Source: Phycisphaerae bacterium
GTDB taxonomy: Bacteria > Planctomycetota > Phycisphaerae > Phycisphaerales > UBA1924
Direction of reading: 5' to 3'
NCBI GenBank assembly: GCA_022180725.1
Contig: BQMO01000020.1
Coordinates: 3,380 to 67,379, forward strand
DNA: 64,000 nt
A program made the translations under genes and the position numbers. Within the stretch, counting starts at the first letter, position 1. Each line of letters begins with the position of its first letter. The notes beneath the pieces were generated by a model. It made no database searches. It was not told the DNA's origin and was given only the letters and a program-made list of their open reading frames with translations. Shown one piece after another: positions 45,045 to 55,552 of this stretch.

Positions 45045-46031
45045 ATGCGTCGGTCGAGACCTCTCCCCACGCTCGTGGTGCTCGCCGCTCTTGCGGCGAC
45101 CGCGATCCTCATGCGCCTGGCCATCGGTCGGGGGGAGGGCGGGGTGACGTGGGGTTTGGAGAATCTCGACTTCCGCGGCGTGCGCGTCGTGTCCGGGGCC
45201 ATTGTGGGTGTGTGCCTGGCCGTCGCCGGAGTCTTCCTGCAATCCATGCTCCGCAATCCCCTCGCGTCGCCCGACATCATCGGGCTGGCCTCCGGCTCGG
45301 GGCTGGGTGTCATGCTGGCGGCGTGGCTGGGGTATCGGGCCGGGCTGGGCCTAGCCGCCATCGACGCCGGGGGGCTGGGCGTCAGCGGGGCGGCACTCGT
45401 CGGCTCTCTGCTCGCCCTGGGGCTGGTCTACGCGCTCAGCCAGCGCCGGGGATTGATCGACCCGATCACGCTGGTGCTCGTGGGCGTGGCGGTCAGCATC
45501 GTCTGCGGTGCGGGCACGCTGCTCATCAAGCAACTGCTCCCCGATCAGGGCATGTCCGCCGGGCGGTACCTGATGGGCGTCGTGCGCGACGACACGCCGG
45601 TGCGCACGCTCTGGTGGGCCGGGGCGGTGGCGCTGGGGGGCGTGGTGTTGGGCGTCGCGTGCGGCCGGGCGATGGACGCCAACGCGCTGGGCGAGGACGA
45701 GGCCCGCAGCGTCGGGGTGCCGGTGGGCCTGCTCCGGGGTGTGCTTTTCGCTGCTGCAGGCGTGCTGACCGCCGCCGCGGTGGTGGTCGCCGGGCCGGTG
45801 GGGTTTGTCGGCCTCATTTGCCCGCACGTAGTGCGATTGGGGGCGGGGCCGGGGCACCGCGTGCTCGTGATCGGGGCCGCGCTCGCCGGCGTGGCGCTGG
45901 TCGTGGGATGCGACGTGCTCGTGCGGGCGGTCAACGTGGGTACGGGGCAACTGCCCATCGGGGTGCTCACCAGCCTCATCGGGGCGCCGGTGCTCATCGG
46001 GATGCTGCGGCGCGAACAGCGCGGCATGTAG
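45045..46031 (+). CDS. FecCD/BtuC-family iron-siderophore or cobalamin ABC permease
   Basis: NPLASPDIIGLASGSGLG, GPVGFVGLICPHVVRL, QLPIGVLTSLIGAPVLI. ATG 45045 (MRRSRPLPTLVV...). Confidence 0.85.
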   Translation: MRRSRPLPTLVVLAALAATAILMRLAIGRGEGGVTWGLENLDFRGVRVVSGAIVGVCLAVAGVFLQSMLRNPLASPDIIGLASGSGLGVMLAAWLGYRAGLGLAAIDAGGLGVSGAALVGSLLALGLVYALSQRRGLIDPITLVLVGVAVSIVCGAGTLLIKQLLPDQGMSAGRYLMGVVRDDTPVRTLWWAGAVALGGVVLGVACGRAMDANALGEDEARSVGVPVGLLRGVLFAAAGVLTAAAVVVAGPVGFVGLICPHVVRLGAGPGHRVLVIGAALAGVALVVGCDVLVRAVNVGTGQLPIGVLTSLIGAPVLIGMLRREQRGM

Positions 46032-46058
46032 GCAAGGATCGACCGCCAAGATCTGGGA

Positions 46059-47246
46059 TCAGGTCCGGAGTGTTTCCAGTCGTCGGACGGCCTCGTCGAT
46101 CGTCTCACGCTTCTTGCAGAACGCGAAGCGTGCGAGGCGCTTTCCCGCCGCGGGGTCGTGGTAGAAGACGCTGGGCGGGATCGCCGCCACGCCGACCTTC
46201 GCCGTCAGGTGCGTGCAGAACGCCCGATCGTCCGCGAAGCCCAGGGCCGCGTGGTCGGCCATGAGGAAGTACGTTCCGTGCGAGGGGTACACCGTCAGCC
46301 CGGCCCTCGTCAGCGCCGCGGCGAGCAAGTCGCGGTTGGCGGCGTAGAGCGCCCGCAGGTGGGCGGGGTAGTCGCCCGGTTCGCGGATGGCCGCCGCGGC
46401 CCCGTGCTGCAGAGGTGTTGCGGCGCAGAACGTCAGGAACTGGTGGGCCGCCCGCACGCACGCGGAGAGCGGTTCGGGGGCGACGGCCCATCCGACCTTC
46501 CACCCCGTCAGGCTGAAGGTCTTGCCCAGGCTCGAGAGGGTGATGGTCCGCTCCCACATGCCCGGGAGCGTCGCGATCGAGATGTGCGGCCGTGCGGCTT
46601 CGTATGTCAGGTACTCGTACACCTCGTCGGTGATGACCACCGCGTGGTGACGCTGCGCGAGGTCCGCGATGAGCGAGAGTTCCTCGCGCGAAAAGACCTT
46701 GCCGGTGGGGTTGTGCGGGGTATTCACGACGACCGCCCGCGTGCGGGACGTGAACGCTCGACGTAACTCGCCCTCGTCGAAGGTGAACGCGCCTGTGGAA
46801 CTGCTCGGCGGGTTGAGCCGCACGAACCGCGGCGTGGCCCCCGCCATCGCGGCGCACGTCACGTAGAAATCAAAGTACGGCTCGAAGATCACGACCTCGT
46901 CGCCGGGGTTGAGAAGCCCCAGGTACGCCGCGACGAGGCCTTCCGAGCATCCCGACGTGACCGTGACGTGGGCCTCGGGGTCGATCGATCCCCGCCCGTC
47001 GCGTTGCCACGCGGCGGCGACGGCCTCGCGCAGCGGAGGCACGCCCGTCATCGGGGCGTACTGCCCCTTGCCCGCGCGGATGGCCTCGACGGCGCCGTGC
47101 GTCGCCACCTCGGGCCCGTCGAAGTCGGGGAAGCCCTGCGCGAGGTTGACGGCCTTGTGGGCCGCCGCCAGCGCCGACATCTCCGCGAAGATCGACGTGC
47201 CGAAGGGACGGAAGCGATGCGCGATCTGAGACATGCCGCCCAGCAT
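46059..47246 (-). CDS. class I/II PLP aminotransferase (YbdL/kynurenine-aminotransferase-like)
   Basis: NLAQGFPDF, NTPHNPTGKVF, SLGKTFSLTGWKVGW (PLP lysine), RFAFCK. Confidence 0.85.
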   Translation of the reverse strand: MLGGMSQIAHRFRPFGTSIFAEMSALAAAHKAVNLAQGFPDFDGPEVATHGAVEAIRAGKGQYAPMTGVPPLREAVAAAWQRDGRGSIDPEAHVTVTSGCSEGLVAAYLGLLNPGDEVVIFEPYFDFYVTCAAMAGATPRFVRLNPPSSSTGAFTFDEGELRRAFTSRTRAVVVNTPHNPTGKVFSREELSLIADLAQRHHAVVITDEVYEYLTYEAARPHISIATLPGMWERTITLSSLGKTFSLTGWKVGWAVAPEPLSACVRAAHQFLTFCAATPLQHGAAAAIREPGDYPAHLRALYAANRDLLAAALTRAGLTVYPSHGTYFLMADHAALGFADDRAFCTHLTAKVGVAAIPPSVFYHDPAAGKRLARFAFCKKRETIDEAVRRLETLRT

Positions 47247-47269
47247 AGCGGCCGACGCTATGCTCGGGC

Positions 47270-48457
47270 ATGAACGACGGATTTCACTATGACGCGGCGG
47301 GAGAGGCGGACCTGCCCGCGGTAGCGCGGATTCTCAGCGACGCCTTCGCGGGCCCGCTCGCGGGGAGCACCGATTGGGCGCGGATGCACGCGCCCGGCAG
47401 CCTCCGCGTGCTCCGCGACGCGCCGGGCGCGCCGCCGGCGGCCTGCCTGGTGCGCATTCCCATGGGTCAGTGGTTCGGGAGGCGACGGGTACCGATGGTG
47501 GGCATCGCGGGCGTCGGGGTGCGGCACGAACGCCGCGGCGCGGGGTTGGCCCGTCGGATGATGGCCGCGTGCATTCGAGACCTCGCCGCCGAGGGCGTGG
47601 CCCTCAGCACGCTCTACGCCTCGACGCGGCCGCTGTACCGCAGCGTCGGGTACGAAGCCGCCGGGAGCCGGTACCGCTACGCCGTCCCCATCGAGAAGTT
47701 CGCGGGCGACCGTGCCGCCGCCACCCTGCGGGAACTCACACGCGACGACGACGCCGCCATCGCCGCGTGCTACGACGCCTGCGCCGCCGACCAGAACGGC
47801 GTGCTCGACCGCGGAGCCTATTGCTGGCAACGCGTCTGGAAGTTCCGCGAGGACGAGTTCCGGGGGTTCGGCGCGTGGTCGCCCGCGGGGCAGCTCGACG
47901 GGTACGTGATGATTCATCAGAAGCGCAACCCGGAGTTCGGCAAGCACGACGTGCTGCTGTCAGACATCGCGGCCAGTTCGCCCGCCGCGTGGGCCGCCCT
48001 GCGGGCCTTCATCGCCGGCTTCGGCACCATGGGCGACCGGGTCATCTGGTACGGCGGGGCCACCCACCCGCTGTACACCGCGCTGGCGCACCCGTGGGGG
48101 ACTGTCGAACTTCACGAGCCGTGGATGACGCGTGTGGTCAGCGTGCCCGCGGCCCTGAACGCCCGCGGGTACGACCCCGGTGTGCGTGCCCGCGCGTGCT
48201 TCGAGGTTGCCGACGATCTTGTGGAGTCGAACCGCGGTACATGGACGCTCGAGGTGGAGGGTGGGCGCGGCGCGGCCTCGCGCGGCGGATCGCCCGGCGC
48301 GAAGGTGTCGATCCGCGGGCTGGCGGCGATCTTCACGGGGTATCTCACGCCGTGTGACGCCGTGCTCGCCGGGCTGTGCGAAGGCGACGCCGCGACGCTC
48401 ACCGCGCTGCGGAGCATCTTCGCCGGGCCTTCGCCTTGGATGGGTGACTTCTTCTGA
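47270..48457 (+). CDS. GNAT N-acetyltransferase with Eis-like three-domain layout (GNAT-GNAT-SCP2-like)
   Basis: GIAGVGVRHERRGAGLARRMMAACI (acetyl-CoA-binding R/Q-x-x-G-x-G/A). About 395 aa. The C-terminus ...ILAGPSPWMGDFF recalls Eis-type proteins. Confidence 0.65.
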   Translation: MNDGFHYDAAGEADLPAVARILSDAFAGPLAGSTDWARMHAPGSLRVLRDAPGAPPAACLVRIPMGQWFGRRRVPMVGIAGVGVRHERRGAGLARRMMAACIRDLAAEGVALSTLYASTRPLYRSVGYEAAGSRYRYAVPIEKFAGDRAAATLRELTRDDDAAIAACYDACAADQNGVLDRGAYCWQRVWKFREDEFRGFGAWSPAGQLDGYVMIHQKRNPEFGKHDVLLSDIAASSPAAWAALRAFIAGFGTMGDRVIWYGGATHPLYTALAHPWGTVELHEPWMTRVVSVPAALNARGYDPGVRARACFEVADDLVESNRGTWTLEVEGGRGAASRGGSPGAKVSIRGLAAIFTGYLTPCDAVLAGLCEGDAATLTALRSIFAGPSPWMGDFF

Positions 48458-48464
48458 GTCGTGC

Positions 48465-49733
48465 CTACTCGACGAGCACCGGAGCCTCGAGTTCCACCCG
48501 TCGGAACCACACGGCCCCCGCGGGCGTCGCGGGCGTGCCGTCGGGCTGCCACGCCAACTCGTCCGTGAACGACCGCTGATACGACAGCCAGTAGACCGCT
48601 CGCAGCCGGTGCCACCCCGGCGTATCGATCCGCAGGCTCGCGGGCAGCACGCGACGCGCCGGCCGGAGCACCCCGGGATCGAGTTCGTGCGCCCACAGCG
48701 TCTTGGCCTGCCGCCCCGCCGTCGCCGGTTGGTCATCGACCGCGTACCCCGCGAAGAAGACCCCCAGCACGTTGTCCGCGTTCAAGGCTCGCCGAACCTC
48801 CAGCGAAACGTCGATCGCTTCGCCCGTCTTCGCACGCTTGGGTGCGCGCAGCGAGGCGACGAACCCCTCGGTGTAGAACTGTTCGATCATGGCCGCAGGC
48901 ATCGCCCCCGCCTTTGCCGCCGCCTCGAACCACTTGCCCGGCGATCGATCGTGCGACACGCGTCGCCGAAATGAGATCACGCGATTGCCCATCGCCTCGG
49001 TCGAACGCGGGGAGAGCGTCCGCAGGGCCAGTTCGTCCCACGCCAGGTACCCCGACCTCGGCGAGGCGTACAACACCGTGTACAGGATCGGCGTGGGCAG
49101 GTGCGGGGCCAGCGTCGGGAGATAGAACACCGGGTTCATCACGACCGCACCGAACAGCGCCAACGCCACCCCCAGCGCCACCAGCCGCGGCGAACTCACC
49201 CGCCGCCCGCGTTGCAGCCGCCCGAACCACGCCGTGCCGCACTCCGGGCAGCGCAGCGGGGGCATCGAGGCCTCGCGCGCGTCGGGCGATGGCCCGTGGT
49301 TGTACTCGTACTCGCACGCGGGGCAGTGAAGCGACTCGCCCACGCGTCGCGCCCACCCCGCCCCGGCGAGCGTCATCCCGCCCATGGCGACGATGATCCA
49401 CATGGGGAATACATCCGCGAACTGCGTACCCGCAAGCATGATCCACATGGCGATGGAGAACGCGCTCATCCCGAGCACCGAGACGCCGGCGTGCACCCAG
49501 GGCAGCCGTTCGGGGCGAATCCGCCGCGACAGCGCCAGCAGCCGCGCGTACACCCACACCACCAGGCCCATCAAGACGGCCGTCAGGAGCACCCGGAGCG
49601 CGAGAATCGTCCACGGCACCGACCCGATGCCGACGATCACGCCCACGATGATGCCCGTGGTCGTGATCCCGCCCGTGAGCAGCGCGAAGGCTCGCACGGA
49701 CAGTCGCGGGGGTTGCAGGAAGGGTGTGCTCAT
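48465..49733 (-). CDS. hypothetical membrane protein with a zinc-ribbon loop
   Basis: 4-5 N-terminal TM helices. CPACEYEY...x22...CPECGTAW four-Cys ribbon. Further TM and an about 220-aa soluble C-terminal domain. Family not recognised. Confidence 0.5.
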   Translation of the reverse strand: MSTPFLQPPRLSVRAFALLTGGITTTGIIVGVIVGIGSVPWTILALRVLLTAVLMGLVVWVYARLLALSRRIRPERLPWVHAGVSVLGMSAFSIAMWIMLAGTQFADVFPMWIIVAMGGMTLAGAGWARRVGESLHCPACEYEYNHGPSPDAREASMPPLRCPECGTAWFGRLQRGRRVSSPRLVALGVALALFGAVVMNPVFYLPTLAPHLPTPILYTVLYASPRSGYLAWDELALRTLSPRSTEAMGNRVISFRRRVSHDRSPGKWFEAAAKAGAMPAAMIEQFYTEGFVASLRAPKRAKTGEAIDVSLEVRRALNADNVLGVFFAGYAVDDQPATAGRQAKTLWAHELDPGVLRPARRVLPASLRIDTPGWHRLRAVYWLSYQRSFTDELAWQPDGTPATPAGAVWFRRVELEAPVLVE

Positions 49734-49774
49734 GCGGGCCGGGCATGGTACCGACGCCCGCCTACCTTGGGGGC

Positions 49775-50275
49775 ATGACCAAGGCCATTCTTTTCGCGTT
49801 GCTCGCCGGGCTGTGCTGGGGCGTGGGGGAAATCGGAACGAAGGCCGCCCTCAACTCCAAGCAGGTCGGCCCGATGGGGGCGACGCTCGTGCGGGCGCTG
49901 GTGACGGTGCTGCCGGTGATCGTGGCGTACGTGCTCGCGACGAGCGTATGGAAAAGCGAGAGCGCGGCGTGGTATCAGAGCGCGAGTCCGAAGACATGGT
50001 TATATCTGATTGTGGGGTCCGGGCTGCTGGCGGGGTTTGGCGGCGTGTTCTTCTTCTACACGGGCCTGCGGCACGGGGACATTTCGCTGTTGCGGCCGAT
50101 CGCGTTCGGGGTGGCGCCGGCGACCGCCGTGCTGCTGGGGTGGTGGGTGCTGGGCGAGGAGATGACCATCCGCAAGGGGCTGGCGGTGGTGCTGATCGTG
50201 TCGGGGATCGTGCTGCTGGCGGGAGAGGGGAAGGCGAAGGAGCGGGCGGCGGCGCAGGCCGTGGCGGAGGCGTGA
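49775..50275 (+). CDS. small EamA/DMT-superfamily membrane protein
   Basis: MTKAILFALLAGLCWGVGEIGTKAAL... Five hydrophobic helices, half-size DMT architecture. Confidence 0.6.
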   Translation: MTKAILFALLAGLCWGVGEIGTKAALNSKQVGPMGATLVRALVTVLPVIVAYVLATSVWKSESAAWYQSASPKTWLYLIVGSGLLAGFGGVFFFYTGLRHGDISLLRPIAFGVAPATAVLLGWWVLGEEMTIRKGLAVVLIVSGIVLLAGEGKAKERAAAQAVAEA

Positions 50276-50286
50276 GCCTTCAGGCA

Positions 50287-50616
50287 CTACGAGTCATATA
50301 CCAGCAGAATCAGAACTAAGACCGTCCAGCCGAGGCACACCATCCCAACGATCCGGGTTCGGAATGGACGGACAAGAGCGAGAAGCAGGTGGAGGGTGAG
50401 CAGCAAGATCGAGAGTACGCCACCTTCGATAAACAACGCCATCGCCGAATCGCCGGAAGTGTACAAGGTCGTGAACCACCCGTAGTTCAACGACAGGACA
50501 AAGGCCGCACAAAGAAAACTCAGGACTCCGAGCACAGCATTGAACTTGGCCGCCGGGCCCATGGGCCGCGGTGTTGGCAGCGTTGACGGAGGAATCGGTT
50601 CCGCCTTCGGGTTCAT
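50287..50616 (-). CDS. hypothetical small membrane protein
   Basis: ATG 50616 (MNPKAEP...). Three hydrophobic segments. No family recognised. Confidence 0.35.
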   Translation of the reverse strand: MNPKAEPIPPSTLPTPRPMGPAAKFNAVLGVLSFLCAAFVLSLNYGWFTTLYTSGDSAMALFIEGGVLSILLLTLHLLLALVRPFRTRIVGMVCLGWTVLVLILLVYDS

Positions 50617-50620
50617 TGAC

Positions 50621-50860
50621 TTAGGACGCCTTTCGTCGGCGGCGATGCCCGTTACCGAACTCCAATCCGCTGACAAGCAGCAAGTCGAGAATCGTGTACT
50701 CCTCTTCACCATGCGCTACGACGAATGTGCGTTCTGCCTTTGGCGCGATGGTGATGAACTCGCGTGAGGGCACGTGGTATTCCCGACCATCAGCAACGAG
50801 AATCGTGAACGGCCGAAACGGCTGGGTGGCGAGTGCCTGGCGGAGTTTTTCAATCGTCAT
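50621..50860 (-). CDS. hypothetical 79-aa protein
   Basis: MTIEKLRQALATQPFRPFTILVADGREYHV... Globular composition, 17 nt downstream of hppD. No family recognised. Confidence 0.4.
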   Translation of the reverse strand: MTIEKLRQALATQPFRPFTILVADGREYHVPSREFITIAPKAERTFVVAHGEEEYTILDLLLVSGLEFGNGHRRRRKAS

Positions 50861-50877
50861 GTGTACTCCAATCTGTT

Positions 50878-52137
50878 CTACAGATTCCCCCGCCGCTCCT
50901 GCTCGATCTCCAACGCCTCGAAGAGTGCCTTGAAGTTGCCCTTGCCGAAGGACTGGCTCCCGCGGCGGCAGATGATCTCGAAGAAGAGTGTCGGGCGGTC
51001 CTGCAGGGGCTTGGTGAAGAGTTGCAGCAGGTACCCCTCGTCGTCGGCGTCCACGAGGATGCCCAGGTCGTGGATCTTCTTGTGGTCTTCCTTCACGACG
51101 TCCTTGCCGTGCTGTCTGAGCGTGCCGTTCACGCGGTCCCAGACCTTCTCGTAGTACGTATCGGGGAGCGTGAGGAAGTCCACGCCGCGGGCGCGGAGCG
51201 CCGCAATGGAATGCAACTCGTCATCCGTCCGCAGGGCGAGGTGCTGCACGCCCGGGGTGTTGCCGTGCCAGTCGAGGTACTCCTGCACCTGGCTCTTGCG
51301 CTTGCCGGGGGCCGGCTCGTTGATGGGGATCTTGATGAGGTTGTTGCCGCTGGCCATGACCTTGGACATGAGGGCGGAGTAGTCGGTGGCGATGTCCTTG
51401 TCGTCGAAGTGCTTGAACATGCTGAACTCCAGCACGTCCTCGTAGAACTTCACCCAGTGGTTCATCTTCCCGAGTTCCACGTTCCCGACGAGGTGATCTA
51501 CGTACTTGAGCCCGCACGGGTTCTTCTTGTTCTGTTCATTAATCGCGAGCACGGCCGAGCCGGCGCCGGCCTGCGGGCCGCACCCGGCGGCGGGCGCGCA
51601 CAGCCCGCCGTCGATCCGCTTGAACTTCGGCTTGAACAGCCCGCCCTGCTTGACCTTCGTGAGTTCGTACGCGCCCGTGCGGCTGACAAAGGTGTGCACC
51701 ACGCGCCCGAAGGTCTTGATCCCCGCCATGGTGACCGTGCCGTGCTCGTCGCGCCACGTGCGCGGCTCGTAGGCCGATTCGGCCCCGTTCCGTACGGCCT
51801 TCTCCCACGCCTTCTCCGCGTCGAACACGGTGAAGGCGATGTCCTTGACCCCGTCGCCGTACATCGCGACCTCCATGCTCGCCGGGTGCGTGGGCGAAAG
51901 CGGGGTCGTGAGGATGAACCGGATGTTGCCCTGCGTGAGCAGGTAGTGGGCCGCGTCGCGGTAGCCCGTGGTGAGGTCGCCGACCTGCTCGATCTGGAAC
52001 CCGAAGCAATGGGCGTAGAAGAACGCGGCCTGCTTGGCATTGCCCACGTAGAACTGCACGTGATCGACGTCGATCAGTTGGAGCGGGTCGGTGCTCGTGG
52101 CCCCGGCCGCGGCGGGCTGTCGAGTGACGGTGGTCAT
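50878..52137 (-). CDS. hppD: 4-hydroxyphenylpyruvate dioxygenase (eukaryote/actinobacterial long type)
   Basis: IKIPINEPAPGKRKSQVQEYLDWHGNTPGVQHLALRT, YLLQLFTKPLQDRPTLFFEIICR, GKGNFKALFEALEIEQERRGNL. Confidence 0.9.
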   Translation of the reverse strand: MTTVTRQPAAAGATSTDPLQLIDVDHVQFYVGNAKQAAFFYAHCFGFQIEQVGDLTTGYRDAAHYLLTQGNIRFILTTPLSPTHPASMEVAMYGDGVKDIAFTVFDAEKAWEKAVRNGAESAYEPRTWRDEHGTVTMAGIKTFGRVVHTFVSRTGAYELTKVKQGGLFKPKFKRIDGGLCAPAAGCGPQAGAGSAVLAINEQNKKNPCGLKYVDHLVGNVELGKMNHWVKFYEDVLEFSMFKHFDDKDIATDYSALMSKVMASGNNLIKIPINEPAPGKRKSQVQEYLDWHGNTPGVQHLALRTDDELHSIAALRARGVDFLTLPDTYYEKVWDRVNGTLRQHGKDVVKEDHKKIHDLGILVDADDEGYLLQLFTKPLQDRPTLFFEIICRRGSQSFGKGNFKALFEALEIEQERRGNL

Positions 52138-52194
52138 GGTCGGCTCCTTCGCCGCAAGTATATGAGCCGATCGGGGATCGCCGGGCCGTCGGGT

Positions 52195-54222
52195 CTATTT
52201 CGGGGCCTCGGGCGGAACTCCCGGGCGCGGCTTGGGCAAGGCCGCCCGCACCTCGGCGACGACCGCCTTCTGCTCGGGCGTCAGCGTCGTGCCGAACGCG
52301 GCGTCGATGATGCCCACGACCTCCGTCGCATGCGGACGATCCAGGCACATCGAGAGCGCCCGAAGCCACGTCGGGGCGCCCTGGTTCAGCGCCCGGGCCT
52401 CATCGAGTCGCCCCAGCACGATCAGGGCGGCGGCCTCGGAGTCCCGAATCAACGCCCAGGCCGGCTGGTCCTCGCTCACGGCGGGAATCCCGTGCAGCAA
52501 GGCGAGCGCGTTCTCCGGCATGCCCGCGGCGGTCTGCACCTCGGCCAAGGCCAGCACCCCTCGCAGGATCGCCGCGCGGTGGAGTTCGTTGTCCCACTCG
52601 GAGAGCACCCGCTCGGGAGCGCACAACGATTGGAGCAGGGGTCGCTTCAGGCCCGGGTCGAGGTTGCGTGCGACCGCGTCCCACAGGTCCGCCGCCGACA
52701 TGCCCGCGGCCACGCGGAGGATGGCCTCGCGCGCCACGTCGGGATCGGGACGCGGCATCGCGAGGAGCGCCCCCAACCCATCCGCCGTCGGACGATGAAT
52801 CAGCACCACTCGCGCCGCGATCTCGAACAACTCCGCGTGACGCGACGCCGCGGTCAGCACGGCCTCGGCGTGCTCGGGCGACCAGGTCAGCGCCTCGGCG
52901 GCGGCGTACCGCAGGGCGGTGCTGTCATGCTCGAGCAGCGGGATCAATCTGGCGCGGTCATCGGCCTCCCCCAGCGCGCCGATCAGCCCGCAGATCGGCG
53001 CCGTCAGCCCGCTCTCGGGAAGCACCCGGATCAGTTCCAGCACGCGGTTCTGCATGGCGTCGGGCAGTTCGCCCGCGCGATAGAGCAGCCACAGCGTTTC
53101 CGCCGCGCGATCGTGCGCCGCGCCGCGACGCTCCATCCACCGCATCGCCTCCCGCGCCACCGCAGGCCCGGGCCAGCGGCCCGCCGCCACCAACAACGCC
53201 CCCGCGACGGCGGCGTTCTGCTCGGCCTCCAACGCCCGGGCCACCGCGTCGCCCGCGCCGGGCGGCGCCAAGGGCCTCACCAGCCCCGCCGCCGTGGCGC
53301 GCACATCCGGGTTGTCCGAGGCGAGCAGCGACAAGACGGCCAGCCCGACCTCCGGCCCCAGCGTCGCCGATGCCGCCACCTCGCGCCCCACCAACTCCAA
53401 CCCGAGGTCGCGCACCTCGGGCGTTTCCGAGGCCACGAGCGACGCCAAAAAGGACGATCGCTTCGCGGGTGCGGTCGCCAGGTGCAACTCCCGGAGCGAC
53501 GCCACGAGCGACCGGGCCAGCCTCGCGCGTTCTTCTTCCAACCCCTGGGCCCGCCTCGCCCACGACTGCGCCAGGCTCAGTCGCCACTGCGATTCGGTCA
53601 TCCGCTCGGCCTCGTGGAGCCAGCGTGACCACGCCACAACGTCCGTCCCACGGTCGGTCTGGCCGCTCAGCCGGCTCAGCGCCTCCCCCGCCGCCTGGCG
53701 GACGGCGTCGGGCAGCCCCGGGTCCAGGTACGTCACAAGCAACCGAGCCGCGTCGCGTGTGCGGAACGGGCTGATCGCCCCGATAATCCGGGGGATTTCC
53801 GACTCCGCCGCCTTGTCCAATCGCTGGGTGAGGATCGGGAACAACCGATTCGACGGGTCTGACGACGCCCGGATCGTGTCGAGCAACAGCCCGCCGCCCC
53901 CCGTGCCCGACAACGGGAGCGAGAGTTCCCGTTCGATCGCCTCCCGGGCTTCGCTGGATTCGGCTCGCGAAACAAGGAACTGGGCCGCGGCCCGTCGGAC
54001 CGTCTCGGCGTTCGTCGCATCCGCCAAGGTTCTGGCTGCCTCGGCCACCGTTGGCGCTGGCTGAGTTGTCCCCTGGGCGATGGCCGGCCCCGTCGCCCCA
54101 ATCGGCAACCCGGCCAGCCCCGCGATGAGCACCCATGCCTTCACGAATCCTCCAAGGAGTCTTACGGCCACGCCCGACCTTCGTTCCACAAAACTCGGAA
54201 CGGTCCCTGCCTCGTGTCGCAT
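52195..54222 (-). CDS. secreted/periplasmic helical-repeat (HEAT/TPR-like) protein, hypothetical
   Basis: Signal-like VKAWVLIAGLAGLPIGATGPAIAQG. All-alpha, Ala/Leu/Arg-rich repeats (...SDNPDVRATAAGLV..., ...TPEVRDLGLELV...). Start uncertain. Confidence 0.5.
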   Translation of the reverse strand: MRHEAGTVPSFVERRSGVAVRLLGGFVKAWVLIAGLAGLPIGATGPAIAQGTTQPAPTVAEAARTLADATNAETVRRAAAQFLVSRAESSEAREAIERELSLPLSGTGGGGLLLDTIRASSDPSNRLFPILTQRLDKAAESEIPRIIGAISPFRTRDAARLLVTYLDPGLPDAVRQAAGEALSRLSGQTDRGTDVVAWSRWLHEAERMTESQWRLSLAQSWARRAQGLEEERARLARSLVASLRELHLATAPAKRSSFLASLVASETPEVRDLGLELVGREVAASATLGPEVGLAVLSLLASDNPDVRATAAGLVRPLAPPGAGDAVARALEAEQNAAVAGALLVAAGRWPGPAVAREAMRWMERRGAAHDRAAETLWLLYRAGELPDAMQNRVLELIRVLPESGLTAPICGLIGALGEADDRARLIPLLEHDSTALRYAAAEALTWSPEHAEAVLTAASRHAELFEIAARVVLIHRPTADGLGALLAMPRPDPDVAREAILRVAAGMSAADLWDAVARNLDPGLKRPLLQSLCAPERVLSEWDNELHRAAILRGVLALAEVQTAAGMPENALALLHGIPAVSEDQPAWALIRDSEAAALIVLGRLDEARALNQGAPTWLRALSMCLDRPHATEVVGIIDAAFGTTLTPEQKAVVAEVRAALPKPRPGVPPEAPK

Positions 54223-54244
54223 CGGCCATCGTCCCGGCTCGGCT

Positions 54245-55537
54245 TCAACGCCCGGGTGGGGATTCGGCCCGAATCGAAAGCAGCCGCGCAGCCTCGTCCA
54301 CGTCCTTGTCCCCGCGCCCCGACAGATTGACGACGAGATGCTGGTCCGCCTTCATCTCCACCGCCGCGCGGAGTGCGTGCGCCACCGCGTGGGCCGATTC
54401 GAGCGCGGGGATGATCCCCTCCGTTCGCGCCAGCAGCGTGAAAGCGTCGAGGGCCTCGGCGTCGGTTGCCGCGGTATAACTCACCCGCCCGGCGTCCTTC
54501 CAGTACGAGTGTTCCGGGCCGACGCCGGGGTAGTCCAGCCCCGCCGAGCAGGAGTGCACGTCGGCGGTCTGCCCGTTTTCATCCTGAAGCACATAACTCA
54601 TCGACCCGTGCAGCACGCCGGGCTTGCCGAGGTTCAGCGGGGCGGCGTGCTCCCCCGGCCCTTTCCCCCGTCCGCCCGCCTCGACCCCGACCAACTTCAC
54701 GGCGGCTTCATCGATGAACGGGAAGAACGCCCCCGCCGCGTTCGAGCCGCCGCCCACGCACGCCACGATCGTGTCCGGCAGTTTCTGCATCAGCCGAAGG
54801 CTCTGAGCCTTGATCTCCCGCCCGATGATGCTCTGAAAGTCGCGGACGATCATCGGGAAGGGGTGCGGCCCGACCACCGACCCCAGGATGTAGTGCGTGT
54901 GGTCGCTGCTGCCCATCCAGTCCCGCAGGGCCTCGTTGGTCGCGTCCTTCAGCGTCTTGGACCCCGCGTCCACCTCGACCACGTTCGCCCCGAGCATCTT
55001 CATCCGCACGACGTTGAGGTGCTGGCGGCGGGCGTCCTCGGCCCCCATGTACACGTCGCACGCCAGCCCGAAGTGCGCCGCCGCCGTCGCCGTCGCCACC
55101 CCGTGCTGCCCCGCCCCCGTCTCGGCGATCACCCGCTGCTTCCCCATCCGCACCGCGAGCATCGCCTGCCCCAGCGTGTTGTTGATCTTGTGCGCCCCGG
55201 TGTGGGCCAGGTCTTCACGCTTCAGCCAGATCGTCGCCCCTCGCCCGGCCCCCGCGCCCGCCCGCACGTGCCCCGTCAGCCGTTCCGCCTTGAACAGCGG
55301 CGTCGCACGCCCAACGTATGTCCGCAGCAGGTCGTGCAACTCGTCCCAGAACTTCCCGTCGCGGCAGATGCGTTCGTACATCGCACTCAACTGCTCCAAA
55401 GCGGCGATGAGTGTCTCGGGCACATACCGTCCCCCGAAAGCGCCAAATCGCCCCTCGGGCGTAGGCACGTCGGATAGTTTGGGCGCCACGGGCTTGTCGG
55501 GAGCCATCGGCATGGTGCGAGTGTTCGTCCGGGTCAT
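54245..55537 (-). CDS. trpB: tryptophan synthase beta chain
   Basis: [30 protein letters not shown] (PLP lysine), [27 protein letters not shown]. Confidence 0.95.
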   Translation of the reverse strand: MTRTNTRTMPMAPDKPVAPKLSDVPTPEGRFGAFGGRYVPETLIAALEQLSAMYERICRDGKFWDELHDLLRTYVGRATPLFKAERLTGHVRAGAGAGRGATIWLKREDLAHTGAHKINNTLGQAMLAVRMGKQRVIAETGAGQHGVATATAAAHFGLACDVYMGAEDARRQHLNVVRMKMLGANVVEVDAGSKTLKDATNEALRDWMGSSDHTHYILGSVVGPHPFPMIVRDFQSIIGREIKAQSLRLMQKLPDTIVACVGGGSNAAGAFFPFIDEAAVKLVGVEAGGRGKGPGEHAAPLNLGKPGVLHGSMSYVLQDENGQTADVHSCSAGLDYPGVGPEHSYWKDAGRVSYTAATDAEALDAFTLLARTEGIIPALESAHAVAHALRAAVEMKADQHLVVNLSGRGDKDVDEAARLLSIRAESPPGR

Positions 55538-55552
55538 TCTTGGGGAGCGTAT

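Noticed and set aside
50833-53628. 931-aa + strand ORF antisense to hppD and the helical-repeat protein
   Set aside because: Shadow ORF with an Arg/Gly/Pro/His-rich translation. hppD on the minus strand is unambiguous.
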